From NCBI GenBank assembly GCA_947461105.1, contig CANHIG010000001.1:1974-65973 (forward strand): a stretch of DNA of 64,000 nt, in the 5' to 3' direction. Source of the DNA: Bacteroidota bacterium. GTDB taxonomy: Bacteria; Bacteroidota; Bacteroidia; Chitinophagales; LD1. This document shows positions 42,120 through 51,700 of this stretch, piece after piece; within the stretch, counting starts at the first letter, position 1, and each line of letters begins with the position of its first letter. Under the pieces are notes generated by a model, which worked only from the letters and a program-made list of their open reading frames with translations, was not told the origin of the DNA and made no database searches. Position numbers and translations under genes: made by a program.

Positions 42120-43286
42120 ATGAAAGAAGCAAGGAATTTTTATTTTAGCGGTATGAGTAACTATGTAGTTTCTGCAAGAAAATACCGCCCGGCAAGGTTT
42201 TCTGACATGATTGGTCAGGAAAGTGTATCTGCTACCTTGCAGAATGCTATAAAAACCGAGCAGTTGGCTCACTCATTTCTTTTTTGCGGACCACGCGGAG
42301 TAGGTAAAACCACTGCTGCTCGTATTCTTGCGAAAACCATCAACTGTGAAAATATCACTGCTGATATTGAGGCTTGCAACGCTTGTCCATCCTGTGTTTC
42401 ATTTAATAGCAACGCTTCGTTCAATATTTATGAGCTTGATGCTGCTTCAAATAATTCAGTTGATGATATCAGGGCACTCGTAGATCAGGTGCGTTTTCCG
42501 CCACAATCAGGCAAATTTAAAATCTACATAATAGATGAGGTTCATATGCTCTCCAATCAGGCATTCAATGCCTTTTTAAAAACTTTGGAGGAGCCGCCAT
42601 CATACTGCAAGTTTATATTGGCTACTACTGAAAAACATAAGATATTACCTACTATTCTCTCCCGTTGCCAGATCTTCGATTTCAAGCGAATGACCATTGA
42701 CGGAATTGTAAATCACTTGAAATCAATTGCAACAAAAGAAGCAATAGAAGTAGAAGATGATGCCCTGCATGTGATAGCTCAGAAATGTGATGGTGGAATG
42801 CGCGATGCGCTCTCTATGTTTGACAGATTAGCAAGTTTTTCAGGTGGGAAGTTGACCTACAAATCTGCCTTAGAAAATCTGAATGTACTTGATCACGATT
42901 ATTACTTCAAACTTACTGAAGCACTTGCAGTGCAAGACTTTTCAGCAGTGATGATTCATTTCACAGATATTTTGCAGCGTGGTTTTGAAGGAGATGACTT
43001 AATTATAGGGCTGTGCGAACACTTTCGCAATTTGCTATTTGCCAAGAATGCAGATACGGTCTCACTGATGGAAACAAGCGATAGTTTAAAGCAGAAATAT
43101 AGTGAACAGGCGCAGCTAATCTCTTCTTCGTTTTTGTTAAGCTGCCTTCAGTTTGGCAATCAATGTGACATCCAATATAAATCAGCCAAAAACAAAAGGT
43201 TGCTGGTAGAACTAACGCTGATGCGGATGTGTTATGTAAATCAACTGATAGATGCTTTAGAAGCGTCAAAAAAAAAAGTAGCATAG
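42120..43286 (+). CDS. dnaX: DNA polymerase III subunit gamma/tau, 0-frame product (gamma-length)
   Basis: Walker A GPRGVGKTT, a zinc module CENITADIEACNACPSC, DEVHML and the sensor motif SRCQIF are present. The ORF stops 3 codons after an A10 run. Confidence 0.9.
   Translation: MKEARNFYFSGMSNYVVSARKYRPARFSDMIGQESVSATLQNAIKTEQLAHSFLFCGPRGVGKTTAARILAKTINCENITADIEACNACPSCVSFNSNASFNIYELDAASNNSVDDIRALVDQVRFPPQSGKFKIYIIDEVHMLSNQAFNAFLKTLEEPPSYCKFILATTEKHKILPTILSRCQIFDFKRMTIDGIVNHLKSIATKEAIEVEDDALHVIAQKCDGGMRDALSMFDRLASFSGGKLTYKSALENLNVLDHDYYFKLTEALAVQDFSAVMIHFTDILQRGFEGDDLIIGLCEHFRNLLFAKNADTVSLMETSDSLKQKYSEQAQLISSSFLLSCLQFGNQCDIQYKSAKNKRLLVELTLMRMCYVNQLIDALEASKKKVA
43268..43277 (+). other. A10 homopolymer: candidate slippery or slippage site in dnaX
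   Basis: The 0-frame reads TCA AAA AAA AAA GTA GCA TAG. The -1 frame stays open to 43855. Confidence 0.5.
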
Positions 43287-43855
43287 CAGACCCCCAAAGC
43301 ACGCTGCCAAATTTGCCCCCTATAATAGTTAAAGAAAAAATCGACTTCGTACCACAGCCTCAGGAAGCGCCTTCTATTCGAAAAACACCAAAAGTTATCA
43401 AGTTTGCTGATTTGAAATCAGCAGAAACAAATCCTGATACCACCGCTGAGATTAAACCTCAAACACCCGAAAAGAAAGAGATTCTAAAGATTGCTTTAAA
43501 TGAGAATTCGCTAAAGCAAGTATGGGAAGAAACAGCAAATAATTTTAAAGAGAGCAAGCCCGGCATCAGCAACCTCATGCTGCTTTATCTGCCTAAAATA
43601 GAAGAAAGTACTATAGTGCTAAACATAGAAAGTGCTGTGCAAAAAAATGCTTTTGAGGAACAATGGGAACATATTGAGCGTACAATATTACAAAGATTTG
43701 AGGGAAATAACACGATGCGCTTAACAATGGAATTGCATGCGGACTCGGGTAAGAAAAAACTTTTCGGACCACAAGAGAAATTAAAACGGCTCATCGAAAT
43801 CAATCCTGCCATCTCTAATTTTACTAAGGAATTAGGGTTGGATTTTGATTATTAA
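43268..43855 (+). CDS. dnaX: dnaX tau-specific C-terminal extension, in the -1 frame relative to 42120..43286
   Basis: The -1 frame is open from 43229 to 43855. It encodes a Pro/Lys-rich linker and then a structured C-terminal region (LKQVWEETANNF...LGLDFDY). There is no convincing independent start. The fused product would be about 578 aa. Confidence 0.6.
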   Translation, partial: KKKSSIADPQSTLPNLPPIIVKEKIDFVPQPQEAPSIRKTPKVIKFADLKSAETNPDTTAEIKPQTPEKKEILKIALNENSLKQVWEETANNFKESKPGISNLMLLYLPKIEESTIVLNIESAVQKNAFEEQWEHIERTILQRFEGNNTMRLTMELHADSGKKKLFGPQEKLKRLIEINPAISNFTKELGLDFDY

Positions 43856-43926
43856 TCACTAATAAACAGCATTTAAAAGAGTTAAACAAAATTATATCAT
43901 CTCTAATTATTTCATTTACATTTTCA

Positions 43927-43948
43927 CTGCATTTAAATTTAAATGCAG
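43927..43948. promoter_or_regulatory. Perfect 22-bp palindrome CTGCATTTAAATTTAAATGCAG (operator or terminator hairpin)
   Basis: I verified that the sequence is self-complementary. It lies 72 nt after the dnaX stop and immediately upstream of a TAnnTTTG box for the M16 peptidase gene. Confidence 0.5.
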
Positions 43949-43953
43949 ATAGT

Positions 43954-43961
43954 TATGTTTG
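43954..43961 (+). promoter_or_regulatory. Putative -7 promoter box (TAtgTTTG) for the M16 peptidase gene
   Basis: Exact TAnnTTTG match, with 35 nt between its end and the ATG at 43997. Confidence 0.35.
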
Positions 43962-43996
43962 TATAAATACTTTCAAACAACATATTTACTAATATC

Positions 43997-46921
43997 ATGC
44001 AATTCTCTACTAAACAAATTTTAATTAGGCACTTATTAATATATATATTAATATCAATAATGCCTCCTGTCTTTTCTCAACAAAAAAAACCCGCCGCTAA
44101 CATGCAGAACGATTCATACAAAGTTAGAGAATATAATCTTCCAAACGGTCTTAAAATTATTTTTTCTCCAAACAGTAATTCACCAAGAATTCAAACGATG
44201 ATTGCTGTGAAAGCAGGAAGCAAATATGACCCCACTGAAACTACGGGATTGGCTCACTATCTAGAACATATGATGTTCAAAGGCACTAATAATTATGGGA
44301 CATTGAATTGGAAAGAAGAAAGCAACCTTCTTGATGAAATTGCAAGACTTTATGAAGCGCATAAAAATGAAAAGGATACACAAAAGAAAAATGAGATATA
44401 TCATAAAATTGACAGCATCAGTTTCGAAGCATCAAAACTCGCCATCCCCAGTGAATATGATAAAATGGTGGCTACTCTGGGTGCAAGCGGCACTAATGCC
44501 TTTACCAGCAATGATATGACCGTATATGTAAATGATATCCCTTCTAATGCTATCGAGAAATGGGCGGCTTTGGAGTCTGAACGCTTTTCTTCGCTTGTGT
44601 TGCGCCTTTTTCATACTGAGCTGGAAACCGTATATGAAGAGTTTAACAGAAATCAGGATGATGATATCAGATGGTCAAATTTTGCAGTAGATAGCATGCT
44701 TATGCCCAATCATCCTTATGGCACACAGACTACTATCGGGCTGGGAGAGCATCTAAAAAATCCTTCCATGCAAAACATTCACAACTATTTTAATACTTAT
44801 TATGTGCCTAACAATATGGCCGTGATTTTGAGTGGTGATGTGAATCCTGATAAGGCTATTCCAATTCTCGAAAAATATTTTGGGAAATTGAAGAGTAAAG
44901 AAGTTCCAACTTTCAAGAAGCAATCACCTGTTGCTATTAATAATATTCAAACTGCTGAGATAAAAGGCCCCACAAAAGAGCACCTCTACATTGGTTTCCG
45001 ATTTGATGGAGACAACACTAGAGAAGCACTATATGCAAAAGCATTAGACATGATTTTATCTAATGGCGCTGCGGGACTTCTCGAATTAAACTTGACACAA
45101 AAACAGAAAGTCCTTTCTGCAAATAGTTATGTGAATACGCTTAAGGATTATTCCGTATTTAAAATTTATGGGGAGCCTAAATCGGGACAGAAGCTGGAAG
45201 AAGTAAAAGATTTACTCATTGAACAAATTGAACTTATTAAACAAGGGAAATTTGATGAAGAAATTTTAAAGGCAAACATCGAAAACCTAAGGTTGCAATT
45301 ATTGCAAAGTGTCGAGAATAACAGGTCGCGTGCATATAGAATCATGGATGCTTTTGTGAAAGATATTCCATGGCCAGACCGAGTAAATGAACTGGATTTG
45401 ATGGCTAAAATTACTAAGGAAGATATTGTACAGTTTGCCAGAAAAAACTTCAATAACAACTATGCTATTTGCTACAAAAGGCTGGGGGAACCAAATAGGC
45501 ATAAAGTAGATAAGCCTACAATAACTCCTGTACAGCTTAACAAGGATTCTATTTCATCTTTCAAGCTTGCATTTGATAAAATGGAGCAAGGCAATATAGC
45601 TGCAAAGTTTTTGGATTTTGAAAAAGATGTGACTACTCTGAAGCTAATTAATGGCGGCAGTTTTCTATATACAAAAAACAATTATGCTCCCATTTTCTCT
45701 TTAAATCTTGTATATAATATTGGCACAGATAATGACACCAGATTAGGGCTGACTTCAGAGTACATTACGTATCTGGGAACAGACAAACTTAGCTCCGATG
45801 AAATAAAGATTAAGCTTTACAAACTGGGGCTTACTTATAGAACTTCAGTAGGCAGAGATCGCTTTTATATTTCGCTTTCAGGTCTTGAAAAGAATTTAGA
45901 ACAAGGTATGTCGCTTGTGCTTGAGGTACTTCATCATTACAAACCTGAAAAAGAAATATTTGCAAATCTGGTTGGCGACATTCTGAAAAAACGCGCCAAC
46001 GCCAAATTGAATAAAGGTGTGATTTTAAATCAGGCTATGCTCAATTACCTGAAATATGGCAGCGATAATCCATTCAAAAACATAGTGACTCAAAGCGAAT
46101 TAGAAAATACCGACCCATCAGAACTGATTAGGCAAATTGCATCGTTAGCGAAGATGCCTGATAAAATTACATACTATGGCAACAAAGATGCAAAATCAAC
46201 ATTTGACATGTTGAATAAGGAGTTAAAAAAGATTGATGCTCAGCCTATAGCGTTTGAGAAACCAAAAGTCTATGCGGAACAGCCGATCACAGAACCTCAG
46301 GTATATTTTTGCAACTACAATATGAAACAAGTAGAAGTGATTTCACTGGCAAAATCGCAAAGATTCAATAAAGAGTGGATGCCATATATCAGCTTGTATA
46401 ATGACTATTACGGTTCAGGACTTTCCTCAATCATATTTCAGGAAGTGAGAGAAAAAATAGCATTAGCCTATGCGGTAAACAGCAATTTCGGTGTGCCACA
46501 GAAAAAAGAGGAATCTCATTACATCACCTCTTACATTGGCACTCAGGCAGATAAATTGGAGATTGCTGTAAACAAAATGAGGGAGCTGATGACGAACTTG
46601 GTAGAAGTGCCTAAACAATTTGATGGTGCGAAACAATCATTGATAAAGAATATAGAGAGTGATTGGATTACAGGAGAAGGAGTGTTCGGAGTAATTGAGC
46701 GGGCAGAAAGACGTGGCTTGAATTATGATATCAGAAAAGATATTTACAATTCTCTGAAAACGCTCAGCTTGCCCGACTTAACCAAATTCTTTAATGCCAA
46801 TATAAAACCACGAACTCCAAGTTATTTAGTAATCGGGAATCGTGATAATATTGATTTAAATGTACTTGGGAAACTTGGCAATGTGAAAGAATTGAAGCTT
46901 GAAGATGTCTTTGGGTATTAA
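43997..46921 (+). CDS. M16-family zinc peptidase (fused double insulinase unit)
   Basis: Carries the inverted zinc motif HYLEHMMFKGT (HxxEH). The 974-aa length is consistent with two M16 active/inactive domain pairs. The N-terminus is signal-like. Confidence 0.85.
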   Translation: MQFSTKQILIRHLLIYILISIMPPVFSQQKKPAANMQNDSYKVREYNLPNGLKIIFSPNSNSPRIQTMIAVKAGSKYDPTETTGLAHYLEHMMFKGTNNYGTLNWKEESNLLDEIARLYEAHKNEKDTQKKNEIYHKIDSISFEASKLAIPSEYDKMVATLGASGTNAFTSNDMTVYVNDIPSNAIEKWAALESERFSSLVLRLFHTELETVYEEFNRNQDDDIRWSNFAVDSMLMPNHPYGTQTTIGLGEHLKNPSMQNIHNYFNTYYVPNNMAVILSGDVNPDKAIPILEKYFGKLKSKEVPTFKKQSPVAINNIQTAEIKGPTKEHLYIGFRFDGDNTREALYAKALDMILSNGAAGLLELNLTQKQKVLSANSYVNTLKDYSVFKIYGEPKSGQKLEEVKDLLIEQIELIKQGKFDEEILKANIENLRLQLLQSVENNRSRAYRIMDAFVKDIPWPDRVNELDLMAKITKEDIVQFARKNFNNNYAICYKRLGEPNRHKVDKPTITPVQLNKDSISSFKLAFDKMEQGNIAAKFLDFEKDVTTLKLINGGSFLYTKNNYAPIFSLNLVYNIGTDNDTRLGLTSEYITYLGTDKLSSDEIKIKLYKLGLTYRTSVGRDRFYISLSGLEKNLEQGMSLVLEVLHHYKPEKEIFANLVGDILKKRANAKLNKGVILNQAMLNYLKYGSDNPFKNIVTQSELENTDPSELIRQIASLAKMPDKITYYGNKDAKSTFDMLNKELKKIDAQPIAFEKPKVYAEQPITEPQVYFCNYNMKQVEVISLAKSQRFNKEWMPYISLYNDYYGSGLSSIIFQEVREKIALAYAVNSNFGVPQKKEESHYITSYIGTQADKLEIAVNKMRELMTNLVEVPKQFDGAKQSLIKNIESDWITGEGVFGVIERAERRGLNYDIRKDIYNSLKTLSLPDLTKFFNANIKPRTPSYLVIGNRDNIDLNVLGKLGNVKELKLEDVFGY

Positions 46922-48051
46922 TCTTCAATTTCTTCAAGCTTTTTAATAGCTCTTGCTTTAAACACGCCTGGCGAGTTTGTAAGCTGTTTTAAGATTTTTA
47001 TGGCATCATCCTTTTCCCCTCCGGACAAAAGTATGTTTGCCTTATACCATTTAGAACCTTCAGTATATGAACCCTTTTTAATCAGCTTATCAAACTTCTG
47101 TTCTGCCTTTGGTTTGTTGCCATTGATATAATTGCAAACTCCGCTAAAATAAATCGCCTCTGAATTATTAGGAGATTTAGCAGAAATCTCTTCAAATAAT
47201 GCTCCCGCATTTTTATAGTCACCGGCATTGAAAGACTTCATCGCCTTATCAAAACTCACTGCAGTTTCCTTTTCCTCATCTTTAGCTTTTTTGTCTCCTT
47301 CATTACTCTGCGCTGCTGATGCCGCTGTCAAGGCCTGCGCTTGCATCGGTGCTACACTTATATTTTGTTTTGCAGCTTTTTCTTCTTTTTTGATTGCCGA
47401 TGGTTTGTCAGTTACCTCAGTTACCGGAGCAACTGATTTCCCTGCGACATTTTGGGTGCTAGCTACAGGCAACTTTTTCTCTTCCTTGGCTTTTTTATCA
47501 GGAAGTTGTTCCTCTACTGCTCTTGACTGCGGCTCTGCAACTTCAGTGTGTGCATCAGCTATATTTGATGAAAAGGTATCAATAACAGTAGAATCGGGAA
47601 GGGGAGATTCGGACAAGAAGTCAGTATTCTTCACTTCATTGAGCGCATCGTTGATAAGCGTATCTGAATATGCTACTACAGCCAGTTGCTCACTTTGATT
47701 GTGATTATTATACATCATAAAAACAAATCCGATTCCTAATACCAATCCAATAAATGCTGCAGCATAAGCCAAAAGCGCCCAGTTTACCTGAATAGAGGTA
47801 ATAGCTATTTTCCCTGCTCCGGTGTTATCTTTTATTTTCTCTTTCACTTCGTTTGCTGCTATCAATGCAGCATCTATATCCGCTGCAGCCTTAAATCCCT
47901 CAAAAGCATCCTGCGCAAAAACATCATTGGCCAAAATATTTTTGACTTCAGTCAATTGCTCATCAGAGAGCTTGCCTTCCACATAGGCCCTCATAGCCTT
48001 GGCGGTAAGCACTCCATTATGAGTTAATGTTATCTTTCTGAACTGAGCCAT
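46918..48051 (-). CDS. Anti-sigma-factor-like single-pass membrane protein with Lys/Glu/Ala-rich linker and C-terminal TPR
   Basis: Starts 1 nt after the sigma gene stop. It has a cytoplasmic N-domain, one TM helix (WALLAYAAAFIGLVLGIGFVFMMY), a low-complexity linker and a TPR-like end (AGDYKNAGALFEEI...AIYFSGVCNY). Confidence 0.55.
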   Translation of the reverse strand: MAQFRKITLTHNGVLTAKAMRAYVEGKLSDEQLTEVKNILANDVFAQDAFEGFKAAADIDAALIAANEVKEKIKDNTGAGKIAITSIQVNWALLAYAAAFIGLVLGIGFVFMMYNNHNQSEQLAVVAYSDTLINDALNEVKNTDFLSESPLPDSTVIDTFSSNIADAHTEVAEPQSRAVEEQLPDKKAKEEKKLPVASTQNVAGKSVAPVTEVTDKPSAIKKEEKAAKQNISVAPMQAQALTAASAAQSNEGDKKAKDEEKETAVSFDKAMKSFNAGDYKNAGALFEEISAKSPNNSEAIYFSGVCNYINGNKPKAEQKFDKLIKKGSYTEGSKWYKANILLSGGEKDDAIKILKQLTNSPGVFKARAIKKLEEIED

Positions 48052-48052
48052 T

Positions 48053-48652
48053 TTATTGTTTCGTTAGATAATTTTTCAAATTCCTTTTGCCATTTTGAAT
48101 ATGGCTTTTCACTTCGTTCATACTAAAACCTGTACTTGCAGCAATCTCCTTATAGCTCATTTCCCCTATGTAAAACATTTTTATACAATCTTGCTGTTCT
48201 GCATTTAAGGACTCAATGCCATGTTCCAACTGTTGCAATACCATTTCTTTATCATGTTGGTCTGAAAGATGCACATCCTGCTCTTTTTCCACACTTACCG
48301 CATTGCATTTAAACTCCTTTTCACTTTTTTGAAAAGAACTTGTTTTTCTGAATTCCATCATGCAGTAGTTCTTAACCACCGTATGAAGCCAAGGTTTGAA
48401 TGTAGCAATTTGATGTTTTTTTAATTCGAAAATAAGTTTTTCGAAAATCTGCATGGTGGCATCCTGTGCATCCTCCTTACTTTGAAGATATTTCAGGCAT
48501 ACTCCAAATACCAAATCAGTGTACCTGATATACAACTCACCCATATATAGGTTGTCGTGAGAGTTTTTAAACATCTCTACCAATTCCTCATCGGAAACGC
48601 TATCGTATTTGTTTCTGCTCAATTTTTTATGCTGCACTAAAATAGCCAGCAA
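48053..48652 (-). CDS. ECF-type RNA polymerase sigma-70 factor
   Basis: Region 2 reads ELYIRYTDLVFGVCLKYL...PWLHTVVKNYCMMEFRK. The region 4 HTH reads MSYKEIAASTGFSMNEVKSHIQNGKRNL. The TTG start is uncertain. Confidence 0.8.
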   Translation of the reverse strand: MLAILVQHKKLSRNKYDSVSDEELVEMFKNSHDNLYMGELYIRYTDLVFGVCLKYLQSKEDAQDATMQIFEKLIFELKKHQIATFKPWLHTVVKNYCMMEFRKTSSFQKSEKEFKCNAVSVEKEQDVHLSDQHDKEMVLQQLEHGIESLNAEQQDCIKMFYIGEMSYKEIAASTGFSMNEVKSHIQNGKRNLKNYLTKQ

Positions 48653-48781
48653 CTGTCAAAAAGAAACCACTGTATCCACCTGCTTCCCAAAAAAGTTTAA
48701 AATAGTAGGCGCTATATGAAATTGTTCTGAGATATTTATGGAAAATATGGTTGCTTGACACCAATATTCAAATTCAATTTT

Positions 48782-51700
48782 ATGCAAAAATCAAAATTCA
48801 TTTTACTTACTGCGCTTCCACTGCTTTTGCTGTCTTTTTATGGCCTGGCATGGCAAGCAAGCTATCCGAGAGAAAACGCGGCACTCAGAAACATCAAATC
48901 TCTTTTTGAATCGTTTTCGAAAAAAACCCACAATGAGCGCATCTATATCCAAACTGATAAGACTTTTTACAAGCCAAGTGAAATACTGTGGTTTTCAGTA
49001 TTTGTAATAAATGAAGACAATCTAAAAGTATCAGAAATCTCTGACATACTGAACATCGAGTTTATTTCTCCCAGAGGAAATGTAGACAAGAAATATAAGC
49101 TCATAATAAAAGACGGAATTACTCAAGGCGATATAGACCTCACTGGGTATTTAGGTGGCCTATACAAACTGAAAGCATATACAACCTTTCAGCAAAATGA
49201 CAGTTCAATATTAGTAGCTGAAAAAGAAATCACAGTCCAATCTGTAGTTTTACCGCGCTTGAAACTGAAGCTAGATTTTGATAAAAAAGCATACGGAAAA
49301 GGAGATGAAGTAATTGCAAAACTTGATATTGCCACTAATGAAAACAAGGCTTTAGCTAAAACCAAAATTTCGTACAGTGTTTCCCTGTCAGGCAAAAAAA
49401 TACTTAATGCTGAGACAAATACAGACAATAGCGGAAAAGCAGCCATCAAGTTTTTGCTGCCAAAAGATTTAAACACAACAGATGCATTACTCAATGTGAA
49501 TCTAGATTTCGAAGGAGATTTAGAATCAATTTCACGCTCTGTTCCTGTCGTGCTCAATAAAATTGATTTGTCATTTATGCCTGAAGGAGGCGATTTTATA
49601 GAAGGTGTTACCTCTATAATTGGATTTAGAGCAGTAAATGAATTTGGAAAACCAGCCGATATAGAAGGCGTTGTGACAGATGAGCGGAAAAATATAGTAG
49701 CTAAATTTTCATCGCTGCATGATGGCATGGGAAAATTTACTTTCACTCCTGAAAAAGGCAAACAATACACCGCCCAAATCTCAAAACCCGAGGGTATTTC
49801 AGAAAGCTACAATCTTCCTGATGCATTGAAAAATGGATATCTGATTCAATCAAAAAAAGGGGAGCTTAATAAACTTGAATTGTCTGCATTTAGTTTCAAA
49901 ACAGATACCATTTCTTTACTGGTTCAATCCAGAGGTAAAATATATTTCTCAAAATCTATAGCTGCACAGAAAGGATGGAATACTATCTCTGTAAATACGG
50001 AGAAATTTCCTATTGGTGTTTGTCAAATCACACTTTTCGACAGTAAAGGAATTGCACGAAGCGAGCGATTGGTTTTTGTAAACAGCTCAAAGCAACTTAA
50101 TGTGAAAATTTCAACTTCGAAGCAAGTGTATAAACCAAGAGAAAAAGTAGTAGTAAATATAAGAACTACAGATGAGAATGGATTGCCCGTAAGCAGTGAT
50201 TTGGCATTGAGTGTTGTAGATGATAATCTGCTTTCATTTGCTGATGATAAACAGGGAAATATTTTATCAAAAATTCTGCTGGAGCCCGATTTGAAACAGG
50301 CAGTTCACGAACCCAACTTCTATTTTGACAGCAAAGAGCCGAAATCAGCAGAAGCGCTAGACAATCTGATGCTCACTGCCGGATGGAGAAGATATACATG
50401 GAAACAAATACTCAGTAAGAAAACTCCGGAATATGGCTTCAGTGCAGAAAAGGCAACTTTATCAGGAAAGGTTTTAGATGGATATGAATCCAAACCTATA
50501 GCTGGAGCAACTATTAAATTGAAAAAATCGGGCAAATCGGCAACGACAGATAAAGATGGTTATTTTACCATGCCTTCTTTTGATATAACAGAAGAAAAGG
50601 AGCTGACTATTTCAGCTAAGGGATTCAACGACCAAAATATGACGTTAAGCACTTATGAGCAGAATGCCAGCTACTATATTTACAAAGGAAGAGCTTACCC
50701 GAGATTTATGATGGCAGGCAAAGCGAATGAGGCCACAGTTGCAAAAGAAGAAATGTTGATGGATATGGTTCCGATGGCTGCTGCAATTCCTGCACAAGCT
50801 GAGGTGATGAAATACAAACATCCACTGGTTGAAGTAGCCGACTTAGCTGAAAAACCAAAAGTGGATGAAAATAAAATAGCAGAAGAGGAGCTAAAAAATG
50901 GCTTGTTTGAAGAAGCCGAAGTGGGCGACCTCCGATTTGCAGGGATAAAGAAAAGAGACAAGGATGAGGAAGATGCCCCTGTTTCATACCACAGAGCAAA
51001 AGAATTTCCTAAGCGAGTTTATGCTAAAGAAGATGATACCAGATCAGACTTGCAATCAACAATTTTCTGGAATGGCCACGTGAGTACTGACCAAAATGGA
51101 AAGGCTACTGTTGAGTTCCTGGCCAATGATTTGATTTCTTCATTCAAAATCACAACTGAAGGTTTTGGGACAAATGGAGAAATAGGAAGAGTTGATTTTA
51201 ACTATGCGGTTAATATTCCCTTCGCAATTGACGCCAAAATACCAACCGAATTGGTAAGTGGAGATATTGTAAATATTCCTGTTTTTTTAAAGAATAATAC
51301 CGATGAAAAAGCGGAAGGATTATTGACCATTAATCTGCCAAAAATACTAATAGGCAAAGGCAATCTTGAGCAGAAAATCATCATTGAAGCTAAAGAATCA
51401 AAGAAGATAACTATACCAATAGAAGTAGCGAAAGAAATCGGCAAAGGTCAAATATCAATCGAGTTTAAAGGAAACTTCAATGACAATCTTTCGCGCGAAG
51501 TAGTGGTAGTTGCAAAAGGATTTCCAGCAAATATTTCTCTTTCGGGTCAGGAGTTAAATAAAAGCTTTTTGATTAACCCGATAAATATTGTGCAGGGTTC
51601 GTTGCGGGTTAATTTTAATGCATATCCAAGTGTGATGTCTGAATTGATGAAAGGCATAGAGGCTATATTGCAAGAGCCTTATGGCTGCTTTGAACAAACT

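Noticed and set aside
49189-49770. 193-aa antisense ORF inside the A2M gene; other antisense ORFs include 47228-47698, 15121-15465, 4144-4494, 10260-10562 and 32353-32709
   Set aside because: All lie antisense to much longer ORFs with clear family signatures, have low-complexity or odd composition, and have no recognisable motifs.
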